From a virus, in IMG/VR virus record IMGVR_UViG_3300019758_000001, positions 2,597 to 66,596 of that record: a DNA stretch of 64,000 nucleotides; one strand, written 5' to 3'. Positions within the stretch are counted from its first letter, which is position 1. Every line of letters begins with the position of its first letter. Made by a program: the position numbers and the translations under genes. The notes beneath the pieces are model-generated. The model was given only the letters and a program-made list of their open reading frames with translations, did not search any database and was not told the origin of the DNA. This document shows, piece after piece, positions 37,701-47,859 of the stretch.

Positions 37701-40495
37701 CTAGATTAAACAACCTTAAAGCTCAAGTAAAATTACTTACGGACATTAAGAAAGCCCGCGAGGACTTATCTAAAACTCTCTCAGGAGATAAAGTTAATGA
37801 GAGTATCGAGAAGTTATTTCGAGGTCAAGCTGATGATTTAGGTATTGAAATTCCAATATCGTCAGACTCTTCTGCCTTTGTTGTGCAGTTAAAAAAGCTT
37901 GCCGTAGAAGGCGAGAAGTTAGGCGAGAAGGTTGGCGGTGCATTCGTTAAAGGTACTAGATCTAAGATAGCCAAACTACAAGTTGACGATATAGTAACTT
38001 CTGCTAAAGATGCCTTGAAAGCTCTAGATTTAGAGATTAAAAAGTCGAAAGGCAAGTATGATTTCTACAAGGATGTTTTAGGCATCACTGGAGATGAAGG
38101 GATTGCACTTAAGTTTGGTATCGACAAAAGGCAGTTTACTGAAGTTCTAAAGGAATCTACCGAGAAGTTTGCTAAATTAAGGGGTTTTGATTTAACTTTC
38201 GACGAGCTGAAAGATGGTTTTGATAAATTACCTCCTGAAATTCAGAAGAGAGTTGCGTCTGTGGATAAATCTATAGAAGAGAGCACTAAAAACTCAATCT
38301 TAGATAAACTTAAGTTTCTAGAACAATCAATTCCAGAAGGTCTTGGGTTGGAGTTTGATTTCAGTAATGTTATATCTGATCTTGACAAGAAAGTAAAAGA
38401 ACTTAAGAGGGAAGTTGCAAAGGCTGTTGTTAGCGCTGACACTGGAGAGATTGGTAAGATAAAAGAGCTTGAAGCATTGAAGCTTAAGGCTATAAATGAA
38501 GAAGCTAGGCAGAGAGCTGAGAAGATAGGTGGAGCTTATATTAAAGAACAGTTAGAGATTAAGCAATTAGGTCAAGCCTACTCAAATATGACTGACGCTT
38601 CATTGAAAGATATAGATAAAATACTTGCGGCACTTAAGCAATCGAAAGATGACTTACTGAGTGGTGATGGTATTGCAGCCATATTAGATAGAGCTAGTGT
38701 TTCAGGCGAATCAAAGGCTGGATTCTTTTCTGGATTGGCAGATACTAAAAATATAGATCAATTCCTACTTAAGCTTGATGAGATTAATTCAGAGATCTCA
38801 AACATAGATGAGTTAAGTATAGGTGATGCCACCGTGTCTGAAGAGGAGTTGGGTAGACTGAGAGCTGTTGTTGAAACATTGCAAGCTATGGGTGTGGCTG
38901 TTCAGAATGCAAGCGAGACTACAGATCGGTTCAAGACAGATAAGCAAATTACTGAATGGAAGAAGCTTGGTAGTGAAATGCTTGGTGTTATTGATATTAT
39001 GAGTGGTGTTGGTGATGCTTTTGGTGATGATTTATCTGAGAGTGGAAAGAGAGCTATTGCTGGAATTAAAGGGGTTGTAGGGGCTGTAACTTCATCAATA
39101 ACAATAGCTACAAATGCGGCTGGTAAAGCTTTAAGTGCATTAGAGAAAGCTTCGGTTATACTTACTATTGTGAGTACAGCAATGCAATTAGCTCAAGGTA
39201 TTCAAAATATAATAGGGTCAGCCGAGGATCGTGAAAATGAAAGGCTAGCCGCAGCATCTAAATTAGCAGCAGATAGATTAGAGATTGAGAACAAGATTAA
39301 TGATAGATATAGGGATCGAGAAGAGCTTCAGTCTAAAAATATATTACTGAATCAGAATTTCGCAAAGGACATGACCGATGCGTTTGAAGATTTCTACGTT
39401 GAAACTGATAAATTCAACGAAGCTTTAAATGCGTTAGAAACTGGTGGTATATTCACAGGTACAGGTTCAGCTAGTAATGTATGGGGTAAGAAAACAAAGG
39501 AGATTAATGTAGGGATAGCTGATTTAGTAAAAGGTCTTGAAGGTGGAACGAGTTCTTTTAGGAAAGCGTTAAATACACTTAGTAATGCATTGGGTCTTGA
39601 CTTCTTCGGTTTCGGAAGGGGATCTAGAGCTTCTAAAAGAGCTATTAAAGATTTAGAGAATACATTTAACGAAACTCTAAATATAATGGGTAAAAACGCT
39701 TCGGATGTGGCTAATTTTACTAACGACGAGTGGTTATTATTTTACCAGACAATGAATGATCTTGGTGCTATAACAGATGAAGGTACTAAGAAATTTTTAG
39801 AAATGGCAGAGGCGGCTCAACAAGCTGCTATTGATGCTCAGGAAGCTATGGATGGGTTCATAACCGACTTAGCGGGAGGATTGGAGAATGATTTAGCCAC
39901 TGCTTTAAGAAATGGATTCGAGCAAGGTATTGATGCTGCTGAGGCTTTTAAGAACTCAGTTGAGGATATAATGGAAGAGTTGGTTCTTCAAGGCATAATA
40001 AACACTCTGTTTGATGATGCTTTCGCCGACTTAGCTTCAAATATTAAAGAATCATTTGATCCAGAAAGCGGAAAGGCAGATAAAAGTATTGTAGATGACC
40101 TAGCTAAGTTTTATGATGCCACTGGTGGATTATATGAAGACGCAATAAATGCTATCGATGAAGCTAAGAAGGATGCTGAATCTAGGGGTTTTGATTTGTT
40201 TGGTGGAACTGAAGAGTTAGGTAGTTTGGCGAAGGGAATTCAAGGTGTAAATGAAGATACGGCTCGTCGCTTAGAGGCTTTATTGAATTCGATTAGAGAG
40301 GTTTCGATTGGAGATTCTGGCAAGATGACAGAGATTGTATCGTCAATTAATAATCAGTCGGTAATAGCTAGTCAAAGTATAGCTCACTTACAGACAATAA
40401 GTAATAATACGATGGGAATTAAGTCGGCACTAGAATCAGTATTGACAAATGCTCAAAGTACAGGTGGAACAGGGATTAAAGTTTACGTACAGTAA
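34796..40495 (+). CDS. Tape measure protein
   Basis: About 1,900 aa, helical; SPF...KQLAAY...LAYGQVKAA..LRGTELRQFTEAGIP tape-measure domain; ATG start at 34796. Confidence 0.95.
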   Translation: MSDKLGSLSYDLTINEQKLNKEIESIDAKLKSASTRWEKQLSLSTKSTAASANKISSDLQKQFQGQFTESIKSLTTKNDQLKIMADQYGRLEKESQKASLAEQKRIQRDISANEKLAKSQAKRVSKSFQGQFTESIRSLTTQSDELKKMSNYYKQLEKDTNAYYNNLSKETKEAANAEKKHAQALERAAIKAEKLAEKKHKETLAHRKNERVLKTSNTEYKKQGLYLQNLRTLAASYASIFAVARIADKIREVTGEFELQNKALAAILQNKEKADQLFGQVTDLALKSPFAIKELLTYTKQLAAYRIETESLIPTLTQLADVSAGLGVDMSRLILAYGQVKAASVLRGTELRQFTEAGIPLVQLLADKFSILEGRVVSTNEVFDKISNRMVSFAMVSEVFEDMTSEGGTFFEAQAVQAKTLAGMWNILGDAIDKAMFAIGTENMDVLKGAVQGATDLTRSWEGIARALGIAVKSFGVGVVAQRLFLGATGKTIVSLYRQSIAFEKSTFAQKRATAEMLRGNIAANKTIKGLKALKGALGGIAFGAVAGLGFALYDTYVEAGRLNKELNELSSSELVRGKKLADGFKDMARAVTEAADGSKDQRDALVDLNRVYKDYIPNQSLTIDNLKVMGDNYDSVTEAIDRKIEAQAREKAADVINKEFTEKSEKASGKFIDALINTGKLTKEQAVIFAGNFGDSFKKALESGDEFEFGKELRDNLSSFLETDLVDEWGTSVLRNYTDVTESAREFLIAFRDHNAELEKSKDSYDALFPKNKGRYTSEINNLKELSSAYENTIKKIDATGDLTNEEAETKKLEAQKNRILATIKLYEDLAKEKAESEDDNYSLLKIQAAKNELKGLVKEQDNYVESVRRAIKEAGVGGAFIVTEQEADDTSKHQARIAKAYEESANEIAIAKEKVKRLKSIGVVLDEDSSEVKDLQRRIKERELLNKLLFDSLRIEDKDGISDAEKARLNNLKAQVKLLTDIKKAREDLSKTLSGDKVNESIEKLFRGQADDLGIEIPISSDSSAFVVQLKKLAVEGEKLGEKVGGAFVKGTRSKIAKLQVDDIVTSAKDALKALDLEIKKSKGKYDFYKDVLGITGDEGIALKFGIDKRQFTEVLKESTEKFAKLRGFDLTFDELKDGFDKLPPEIQKRVASVDKSIEESTKNSILDKLKFLEQSIPEGLGLEFDFSNVISDLDKKVKELKREVAKAVVSADTGEIGKIKELEALKLKAINEEARQRAEKIGGAYIKEQLEIKQLGQAYSNMTDASLKDIDKILAALKQSKDDLLSGDGIAAILDRASVSGESKAGFFSGLADTKNIDQFLLKLDEINSEISNIDELSIGDATVSEEELGRLRAVVETLQAMGVAVQNASETTDRFKTDKQITEWKKLGSEMLGVIDIMSGVGDAFGDDLSESGKRAIAGIKGVVGAVTSSITIATNAAGKALSALEKASVILTIVSTAMQLAQGIQNIIGSAEDRENERLAAASKLAADRLEIENKINDRYRDREELQSKNILLNQNFAKDMTDAFEDFYVETDKFNEALNALETGGIFTGTGSASNVWGKKTKEINVGIADLVKGLEGGTSSFRKALNTLSNALGLDFFGFGRGSRASKRAIKDLENTFNETLNIMGKNASDVANFTNDEWLLFYQTMNDLGAITDEGTKKFLEMAEAAQQAAIDAQEAMDGFITDLAGGLENDLATALRNGFEQGIDAAEAFKNSVEDIMEELVLQGIINTLFDDAFADLASNIKESFDPESGKADKSIVDDLAKFYDATGGLYEDAINAIDEAKKDAESRGFDLFGGTEELGSLAKGIQGVNEDTARRLEALLNSIREVSIGDSGKMTEIVSSINNQSVIASQSIAHLQTISNNTMGIKSALESVLTNAQSTGGTGIKVYVQ

Positions 40496-40501
40496 TATAA
40501 T

Positions 40502-40915
40502 ATGGCAAATTTTTTCGTACAACAAGAAGGTGGCTCGGCAATAGATATCGAGGCTACCTATAATTTAAGAGTAATCAAACCAAAACCAATTTTCGTAGAG
40601 CAGCCGAAAGACTTATTTGTAAGAAGTTGGGCAGAAGAAGATGGGGATGATGTGTATATCCCTGCTGATAGGAAGATGAAATCACGCAAATTCGAGCTTA
40701 ACGTTTACTGCTCTGGTAACACGTTTTTGCAAGACTACCGAGATTTTTGTATCTTGCTTCAAGCGAAAGGGTTTGATTATTGGGACATAGATCAGGGTGT
40801 TCGGGTTGAATGCGTGATGGAGAAGCAGGAGATTGTGAGATATGATCAGATTGAGAAGAAATTAATAGGTAAAATAACAATACTAAATAATACAGGTAAG
40901 AATGAGTCAATTTGA
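40502..40915 (+). CDS. Distal tail (Dit-like) protein
   Basis: Follows tape measure; RSWAEEDGDD motif. Confidence 0.65.
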   Translation: MANFFVQQEGGSAIDIEATYNLRVIKPKPIFVEQPKDLFVRSWAEEDGDDVYIPADRKMKSRKFELNVYCSGNTFLQDYRDFCILLQAKGFDYWDIDQGVRVECVMEKQEIVRYDQIEKKLIGKITILNNTGKNESI

Positions 40916-43118
40916 TACTACAGATAAGAGTTATGATGGTGATGAATTCACTCCTACTGAGAAGGCTGAATTTAGATCTAATTGGGATATTGGAGAGGCA
41001 GATGATGAAGATTTAGAGAAAGTTGATGGTAAATACAAGCAGAAAGACAGATCAAGCTCTGGAAATCAAAAAGGCTATAAAATAATCCGTCAAAACTTCG
41101 ATTTCCAAAATATTCCTGCTGGTTATGATAATTCAATTTGGGAAATTAGATACGAGCATGATTTATTAACAAATACGGTTTTAATTCCTTCGGGAGTTGA
41201 GCTTGTTAATAATGGCGGGGTTTTTAAGAATGGAATTTTACAGGGGGATGACACTTTGTATAATTCTGTGGGTAGTCAATTATTTGAAAACATTGATTTT
41301 GCTGGCACTTTTAAAAATTATGAAATATTTTCAGGGGATTTCGACAAAACTTCCCTATTTAATTTTATTAATACGATTCAAACGCCCCTGCATATAAGAC
41401 TCAAGGAGGGTCAGTTTGGATATGATACAAGTGTACTATTACCTACGAATTCTATTTTGGAAGGTAGTGGAATTGGGAAAACGATAATTAAAAAAAATGA
41501 CAATAGTGATTTGAATCGTGCTGTTGTTGGTAATAAGGTTGGTGCGGCAAATATAAAAATTAAAAGATTATCAATAAATGGGAATAGCGATAATCAAACA
41601 GTTCCTCCAAATTCAACACGAAATAGCGGAATTCAATTAATTGCTTGCTCTGATTCAATCATTGAAGAAGTTGAGGTTTATAAGTGCTCTTATAGTGATG
41701 AATTGTATGATGGGGGTGCGGGGGCTATCAGTTTGGGTGAATCATCAAACAATTGTGTTATTCGTGATTGTATTGTAAGAAATAATGAATTCAGCGGAAT
41801 AATAGCCAAAGGTAGCTCATCAGTACGAATAATAAATAATAGAATTTTTGAAAATAGAATATCTGGCATAGACACAAATTCATTTTCCCCTTTTGCAGTT
41901 ATAAGTGATAATGAAGTTTATGACAATGGTCATAATTTTAATCAAATATCGTGCAATTCAAGAAGCCAAACGGTAACAAAAAACAGGGTTTACAGGAGTA
42001 ATCTAGTTGTTAATGGTGATTTTAATGTTGACTTATCAGGATGGACGGATGTAGGCACTTATTGGTCATGGGTTAGCGGTAGAGCTTACCACGCACTAAC
42101 TACGGTAAACCACCCTATATCACAAACAATACCCACGATTAATAATGGACTAATTAACATTGTGAGGTATAAGCTAGATATTATACAAGGGGAGGTTTTG
42201 GCTATTTACAAAAACAGTGCAGGTGTTAATGTTGAGAATAGATATACAGATAGCGGTACTTATTTTTTAAACACTAGTGATATAGATGATAATACCAGTA
42301 TATCATTCACTAGGTCAAATGGGATTAATACAGAATTTTATTTGAGCGATGTGGAAGTGTTCGCAATAAGTGGTGGTGCTATAAACCTAGACCATGCCAC
42401 ATTTATACATTCTGGTGATAATTCAATAATTAGCAATAATTATGTAAGCGGATCTACTTCGGGAATATCACTTGCTAGAACAACAGAATCAACGGTTAAT
42501 AATAATACAATTGAGCTATGTTTTAATGCAATAAGGGTAGTTGATGAAGTTTTTAATTCAACCATAAACTCAAACACTATTTCTCATGTTACAAATTACG
42601 GCATTCAAGTAAGCGGGTCTGATAATTGCATGTTGACGGGTAATCATATTTTAAACTGTAATAATTTTGGAGTATTCGTAACCAACACAGCCGAAAAGGT
42701 AACAGTCTTAAATAATGTCATTACAGATGATAGGAACACTCCGATTATGCCATACTGTATTAGTGTTGATGGCGCTAAGATTTATAACATGTACGTGAGT
42801 GGTAATATATTTAAAGGGTATGTGACAGGCGCTTTTTTAAGCTCAGGAACAAGTTTGAGAGGTATTAATGTAGATCAGGACGAGGTTAAGGTTTCAAGAC
42901 CTATAGTGTATATAAACGGAAAAAAAATACAAGATACTGCTAATGGTGTATTGCAATATGATTCTAAAAATTTGCAGTTTACGCTTAGCGGAAGTACAGG
43001 AAGCAGGCCCTCAGGTACGTACATTTTGATTGGTCAATCTTATTTTGACACGACACTTGGAATACCTATTTGGTGGGATGGTTTAGTGTGGAAGAACGCA
43101 ACAGGGGCAACTGTTTAA
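40902..43118 (+). CDS. Tail spike/depolymerase with parallel beta-helix and inserted carbohydrate-binding-like domain
   Basis: LEGSGIGKTIIK, repeated IxNNxI rungs, C-terminal GQSYFDTTLGIPIWW. Confidence 0.8.
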   Translation: MSQFDTTDKSYDGDEFTPTEKAEFRSNWDIGEADDEDLEKVDGKYKQKDRSSSGNQKGYKIIRQNFDFQNIPAGYDNSIWEIRYEHDLLTNTVLIPSGVELVNNGGVFKNGILQGDDTLYNSVGSQLFENIDFAGTFKNYEIFSGDFDKTSLFNFINTIQTPLHIRLKEGQFGYDTSVLLPTNSILEGSGIGKTIIKKNDNSDLNRAVVGNKVGAANIKIKRLSINGNSDNQTVPPNSTRNSGIQLIACSDSIIEEVEVYKCSYSDELYDGGAGAISLGESSNNCVIRDCIVRNNEFSGIIAKGSSSVRIINNRIFENRISGIDTNSFSPFAVISDNEVYDNGHNFNQISCNSRSQTVTKNRVYRSNLVVNGDFNVDLSGWTDVGTYWSWVSGRAYHALTTVNHPISQTIPTINNGLINIVRYKLDIIQGEVLAIYKNSAGVNVENRYTDSGTYFLNTSDIDDNTSISFTRSNGINTEFYLSDVEVFAISGGAINLDHATFIHSGDNSIISNNYVSGSTSGISLARTTESTVNNNTIELCFNAIRVVDEVFNSTINSNTISHVTNYGIQVSGSDNCMLTGNHILNCNNFGVFVTNTAEKVTVLNNVITDDRNTPIMPYCISVDGAKIYNMYVSGNIFKGYVTGAFLSSGTSLRGINVDQDEVKVSRPIVYINGKKIQDTANGVLQYDSKNLQFTLSGSTGSRPSGTYILIGQSYFDTTLGIPIWWDGLVWKNATGATV

Positions 43119-43144
43119 ATTTTCCTTATTTTTATATAAATTAA

Positions 43145-43288
43145 AATAGCAGTGCATTCTCAGGCATACCTAATGTTATAGTAACACACGTGGCTGGTTC
43201 CGCAAGGTCAGAACTTTTAAGGATTAACGCTATGTCTGCTAATGGATTTACGATGCATGATGACAACATTGAAGTTACAGAGGTTTAA
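43145..43288 (+). pseudogene. Start-less remnant of a tail-fibre (gp53/H-lectin-like) domain
   Basis: Open frame AFSGIPNVIVT...MSANGFT between in-frame stops. Confidence 0.4.
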
Positions 43289-43459
43289 TAGGTGGCATCA
43301 TATTAACACGAGAGTATTGAAGATTATGAAATTTTAAAAGGAATAAAGTATTTTGCAATTAATTAAATAAACATGCCAATATTAACACCTTTTAATATAG
43401 GGGTGGATTACATCGGAAACAGTGCAATCTACATTCACTTAATAACTAAGTAATAGTAA

Positions 43460-45901
43460 ATGTTAGAAATAAAAAGAAATACAACCATAATAGCATCCTC
43501 TCACGATTTTACCTATTCAGGTCAATTTATGGGAGAGAGGAAAATTACAGCTACAGTAGAATCACTTACCTCAATACAGTTTGCGGAGGGTGATAAGTGT
43601 GAGTATCGTGGAGAGAGTTATTATTTAATTAATGAACCTACTGAAAATCAAGCGTACAATAAGCAAGTGTTGACTTATACGCTTACATTAACTCACGAGC
43701 AGTATCAGTTTGGTCGTTTATTATTCAAAGATGTGGTTCCGAATAATCCATCTAATGAGTACTATAATAATAATACCTCAAGCGTTACTTTTATTGGGAA
43801 TGTAAACAATCTGATTGGGCGAATCATGGAGAACATGGATCGTTCATACGCAGGATGGGGATATGTGGTTTCCGATGATGTGTTTTTGGAGGAAAAACAA
43901 GTGACTTTGATTGACGGAACATGCGAGGATGCATTGAAGCTTATTAATTCTTTATTTGAATTAGAGTATTGGATAAGAAATAAAACTATTCACATCGGTG
44001 GTACAGCTACTCAGATTGGTGGTAATTTTGAATACGGACAAGGTAAAGGTATTTATGACATTACAAGAACCTCTGAGTCAAAGAAGATAATTACACGCTT
44101 GTCAATTAATAGCTCAGACAGGAATATTCCAAGTGACTATAGAGTTACGGCAGAGGATAAATATAATCCTCAACTAATGCTTCCTTACGTTACAGCGAAG
44201 ACGAATTACATCGACTCAACCAATATTGACTTAAATAATATCAAGGAGGGTGTTTTAGAGAATAAAGACATCTTCCCAAGTATTGAAGATGGGTCTGGAA
44301 TTAATGAGATTGTATCGGTTCAGGCTATTGAAGATGATGATGCTGGATTTACTATTGAAATAAAGAACTTAGGGTTTAGTATAGAAGATCAAATTATAGC
44401 TGGCAAAACTGCGGTAATGGCTATGACTTCTGGGTATTTATCAGGATATGAATTCGACATACACTCTATTAATGGCAATAACATTACTCTTGTAAGAAAC
44501 ACTGAAATAGAAAATAATCCACTACCAAACAACATAACTGCAGTTAGAAGTGGAGATAGATTTGTCTTACTTAATATCCTTATGCCTCAGAAATACATCG
44601 ATATAGCTGAGCAAAGATTATTACAATGGGGGCAAGATCAGTTTTCTAAAAATGGAATAGATAAAGACACTGTGACTTACGCTATTAAATTAGCAGAGGA
44701 ACAAATTGCTCGTGGAGTTATTGGGCACGGTAAGACACTGGGACATGAAAGTAAAACCCTTGGTGCTTCTACGAAAACTCTAGGTATTAAAGGTGAAAAA
44801 GCAGTTGTAGAGGCTGAAATTCTTGAAGGTAATACAATGCGTGTTATTGATAGAAAGAACTTGGTAGATGAAATTCTACCTATTCAGCAATTAACCATAT
44901 CTCATAAGGCTGGTCAAATTCTACCAGTGTATGATGTCAATGTGTCAAAATCAATAATCAGTAGTAGGTTTGTTGATTTAGAGAAAGCTCAGTACGCAAC
45001 AGAGCAAACGCTAGCTGAAAGAATTCAAGCACAAGAGCAGGAGAATAGGAAGAAGACAAAGGAGATTAAGCAGGGTAATTTCATCGAAACGAGATATGCA
45101 GTTAATGGTAGCTATTTAGTTCATCCTACATTAGTTATATCAGAGAGAAATCCTAGTGGATGGGCGTTAACGCCTCCCACTGCTGGCACTTTAGAAACCA
45201 TCTGGACTATTGAGTCTGAGATTAGCGGAGTTACTGGCAGGTTAGTTACTGGTGAGTGGACTATATTAGGTAGTGTTAAAGGAACTAATATCGGTGGTGT
45301 GTCATCAGAAAATAAAGGCGTTTGGGATAACGCTACATTGTATAGCGGTACTGCAACTACTATAGATATAGTAGATTATTCTGGGAGCAAGTATTACACA
45401 AGAGTTGATGCTGGAGCTATACCTACAGGAGCTCTACCAACCGATACGGCTTATTGGAATCCATTCGAGGTGAATCATGGCTCTATGGCAACTGATTTGT
45501 TTTTCGCAGAACTTGCTTATGTGGAGAACTTAGGGGTTAAAAACTTAAAAACTGCCGAGAGTGGTGAGAGAATGGAGGTTACTGAACTAGCTAATGCTCT
45601 TAAGTTTTTATTAGCAGATGAATCTTTAGCTCTTGAGATTGGTGGAGACATATATGGCAGTGGACAGAAGGGTTTAAGAATAACAAACGGAGTTGTAAAT
45701 GTAGACCATGACGGTAGTAATGTTGGTGTAGTTTCTATGGATAATAATGGTATTAGTGGGTATGTAAATAGGTTTTATAGTGTAGATCCAAACGATCTCC
45801 CATCTCATGTAACATTATTCGCTCCATGCTTATATTATAATGGTGTAACGAAGAAGTTAGTTTTTAGGGACGGAGATGATGTGGATCACAACTTATATTA
45901 A
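43460..45901 (+). CDS. Tail tip/baseplate hub (Tal-like) protein
   Basis: YSGQFMGER, FEYGQGKG..DITR, IITRL...SDRNIP, GDRFVLLNILMPQKY. Confidence 0.8.
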   Translation: MLEIKRNTTIIASSHDFTYSGQFMGERKITATVESLTSIQFAEGDKCEYRGESYYLINEPTENQAYNKQVLTYTLTLTHEQYQFGRLLFKDVVPNNPSNEYYNNNTSSVTFIGNVNNLIGRIMENMDRSYAGWGYVVSDDVFLEEKQVTLIDGTCEDALKLINSLFELEYWIRNKTIHIGGTATQIGGNFEYGQGKGIYDITRTSESKKIITRLSINSSDRNIPSDYRVTAEDKYNPQLMLPYVTAKTNYIDSTNIDLNNIKEGVLENKDIFPSIEDGSGINEIVSVQAIEDDDAGFTIEIKNLGFSIEDQIIAGKTAVMAMTSGYLSGYEFDIHSINGNNITLVRNTEIENNPLPNNITAVRSGDRFVLLNILMPQKYIDIAEQRLLQWGQDQFSKNGIDKDTVTYAIKLAEEQIARGVIGHGKTLGHESKTLGASTKTLGIKGEKAVVEAEILEGNTMRVIDRKNLVDEILPIQQLTISHKAGQILPVYDVNVSKSIISSRFVDLEKAQYATEQTLAERIQAQEQENRKKTKEIKQGNFIETRYAVNGSYLVHPTLVISERNPSGWALTPPTAGTLETIWTIESEISGVTGRLVTGEWTILGSVKGTNIGGVSSENKGVWDNATLYSGTATTIDIVDYSGSKYYTRVDAGAIPTGALPTDTAYWNPFEVNHGSMATDLFFAELAYVENLGVKNLKTAESGERMEVTELANALKFLLADESLALEIGGDIYGSGQKGLRITNGVVNVDHDGSNVGVVSMDNNGISGYVNRFYSVDPNDLPSHVTLFAPCLYYNGVTKKLVFRDGDDVDHNLY

Positions 45902-45907
45902 AAACAC

Positions 45908-46333
45908 ATGAAACACTTTAAAAAATCAAATTACGCCCACTCAGATACAGCTATTCGGGAGGGTATAGAAAATATCCCAGACGATCATGCCGAATGGAAA
46001 TTCGAAATGCTCGTATTTTGGCTATTAGATCCGCTTAGAGAGTTTTTGGGTGAGCCAGTATGGATTAGTTCAGGATTTAGAAGTAAGGCGTTAAATCGGA
46101 TTCTAAAGGGTGCGAAAGGGTCACAACATATGGCTGATGAGTGTTGGGTTGCGGTTGATATCGTAACTCGAGACCTGAAAAAAGCTTTTGAGTACTTAAA
46201 ACAGCAGGAGTTTGATCAAATTATACTAGAAGAAGCAGGAGATAAGAGATGGATTCATTTGTCATTAAGGATGGATGATAGGAATAGAAACGAAATATTA
46301 ATATATAAGAACGGACATTATGAGTATATTTAG
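45908..46333 (+). CDS. Endolysin, peptidase M15A family
   Basis: ISSGFRS..LN...GA..SQH...AVD...WIHLS. Confidence 0.9.
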   Translation: MKHFKKSNYAHSDTAIREGIENIPDDHAEWKFEMLVFWLLDPLREFLGEPVWISSGFRSKALNRILKGAKGSQHMADECWVAVDIVTRDLKKAFEYLKQQEFDQIILEEAGDKRWIHLSLRMDDRNRNEILIYKNGHYEYI

Positions 46334-46706
46334 TAAGTTAAAGCCACAGAAAATAATTGATGGTGTATTCTCAGGAATTGACAAAGCTATATTGTCGAAA
46401 GAGGAGATTGTAGATTATTCAGTTAAAGCTGCGTCTGCAAATTTAGAATTCGTAAAAGCTTGCCAAACCGAATCAACACCAAGATCAATAACTAGGAGGA
46501 TTATTGCTATAATGATATTGAGTCAATATTTCTTAGCTTTTAATATTGGGTTGTTAGGAATGGCGACAAAATGGTATGAAGGTAAGGAAATAATTACATT
46601 ATCCACTGAGGCTTTTGCTACGATTTCATTAGCGGTTGTTATCTTTTACTTTGGTAATCATATGCTTAGCCAAATAATCCCAAAGTTCGCTGCGAAGAAG
46701 AAGTAG
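46320..46706 (+). CDS. Holin (3TM-type-like)
   Basis: Two or more TM segments, FYFG, basic C-terminus; follows the endolysin. Confidence 0.65.
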   Translation: MSIFSKLKPQKIIDGVFSGIDKAILSKEEIVDYSVKAASANLEFVKACQTESTPRSITRRIIAIMILSQYFLAFNIGLLGMATKWYEGKEIITLSTEAFATISLAVVIFYFGNHMLSQIIPKFAAKKK

Positions 46707-46804
46707 ACTTTGTATATTTGAAGGGATTTTTGTAACTTACTACCTAATCAAATTTAGTAGTAGTATGTGCGACGACAAAAGTAAAAATGAAGTATTAGAT
46801 CCAG

Positions 46805-47206
46805 ATGAGCAAGATAAGCTTGGATCAAAATAATAAGAGAACTAATCTTTTCTTACCCGTAATTTCCTTTCTGGCGATTACGGGCTTCTGTATTTTATTT
46901 TCAGAGCAATACAATGTAGCTTGGTCTATATTCTCTAAGCATATAAAAGATGTTCTTATAATCTCACTACTACTTATAATTATACGAAAAGACAATAGCA
47001 TAAGGAATAAGATGTCGGCAATGGCTGTTATATCTTATTTTGTATCATCATTTAGCTTAAGATTGGGGTGTGCGGTAAACTCTGGGTTCGATTATAAAAT
47101 ATACAGGCTTGCTGTAAATGATCCTCAGATTGGGAATTTAGCTAATTCAATAGTGTTTATGCTTCTATTATTAATTATAACCTCCAATGCAGAGCATGAA
47201 CGATAA
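46805..47206 (+). CDS. Multi-pass membrane protein
   Basis: About four hydrophobic segments. Confidence 0.65.
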   Translation: MSKISLDQNNKRTNLFLPVISFLAITGFCILFSEQYNVAWSIFSKHIKDVLIISLLLIIIRKDNSIRNKMSAMAVISYFVSSFSLRLGCAVNSGFDYKIYRLAVNDPQIGNLANSIVFMLLLLIITSNAEHER

Positions 47207-47600
47207 AATAGATGCCTTAATTCTACTAATAGAGAATCAACAAGAGCAAAATAGATTAGTACTTGAAAAGGCTGATAACAGGAAGAAATCGGACAGTGTT
47301 TTCATTAAGATAGCATGTACGCTTGTAACGCTATGTGCAGGATTCATTGTAACTAACACGATGGATATCAGTAAGAAACTCGAAGGTAAGGCTGATAGGT
47401 ATTCATTGGCAGGTAAATTATCCACTACTGCTTATGCTGTATCTGAAGAGCAGAGAGCAGAAACCATCCTTAATTACATCGATTATACATCTAAGAATTA
47501 TCTAATCCGAGATGAAGAATTAAGAATTGCTGAGAGAGGTAGAGTTGAGAAATCACTCGGGGCAATGATTCATGCGGTTACTGCTCGTTCTGGTAAATAA
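47187..47600 (+). CDS. Single-TM coiled-coil protein (possibly lysis-associated)
   Basis: One TM segment flanked by helices. Confidence 0.6.
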   Translation: MQSMNDKIDALILLIENQQEQNRLVLEKADNRKKSDSVFIKIACTLVTLCAGFIVTNTMDISKKLEGKADRYSLAGKLSTTAYAVSEEQRAETILNYIDYTSKNYLIRDEELRIAERGRVEKSLGAMIHAVTARSGK

Positions 47601-47667
47601 AGAAACCTCACTTATTAGGCGGGGATAAAACACATGTTCGTTTTAGTACATGCGCTTTAGCTGCTTA

Positions 47668-47859
47668 TTATCGAGAACACTCCTTTGGTGTTTCAAACAT
47701 GGTTTTTAAATCAAAGAACTTTTCTTCTTTTACATTATCATCTTCAATTAAGAAGCATTCCTCGTATTTATCTACTACTTTATATTCTTCCCCTTTAGTG
47801 AAGTTCATTATTTTCGAACCATCCTCTCTTAGAGCTTCATTTTTGCATTTAACTATCAT
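47668..47859 (-). CDS. Hypothetical protein (DUF6501-like)
   Basis: VKCK...FTKGEEYKV. Confidence 0.6.
   Translation of the reverse strand: MIVKCKNEALREDGSKIMNFTKGEEYKVVDKYEECFLIEDDNVKEEKFFDLKTMFETPKECSR

Noticed and set aside
37480-38442. Antisense ORFs inside the tape measure gene, and similar shadow ORFs elsewhere in the track
   Set aside because: Ser/Leu/Phe-rich reverse-complement shadows of real genes, with no leaders or motifs
43168-43183. 16-nt inverted match (TACCTAATGTTATAGT) to the attC half-site at about 48386
   Set aside because: No partner arm nearby; explained by a tail-domain remnant (IPNVIV); probably chance
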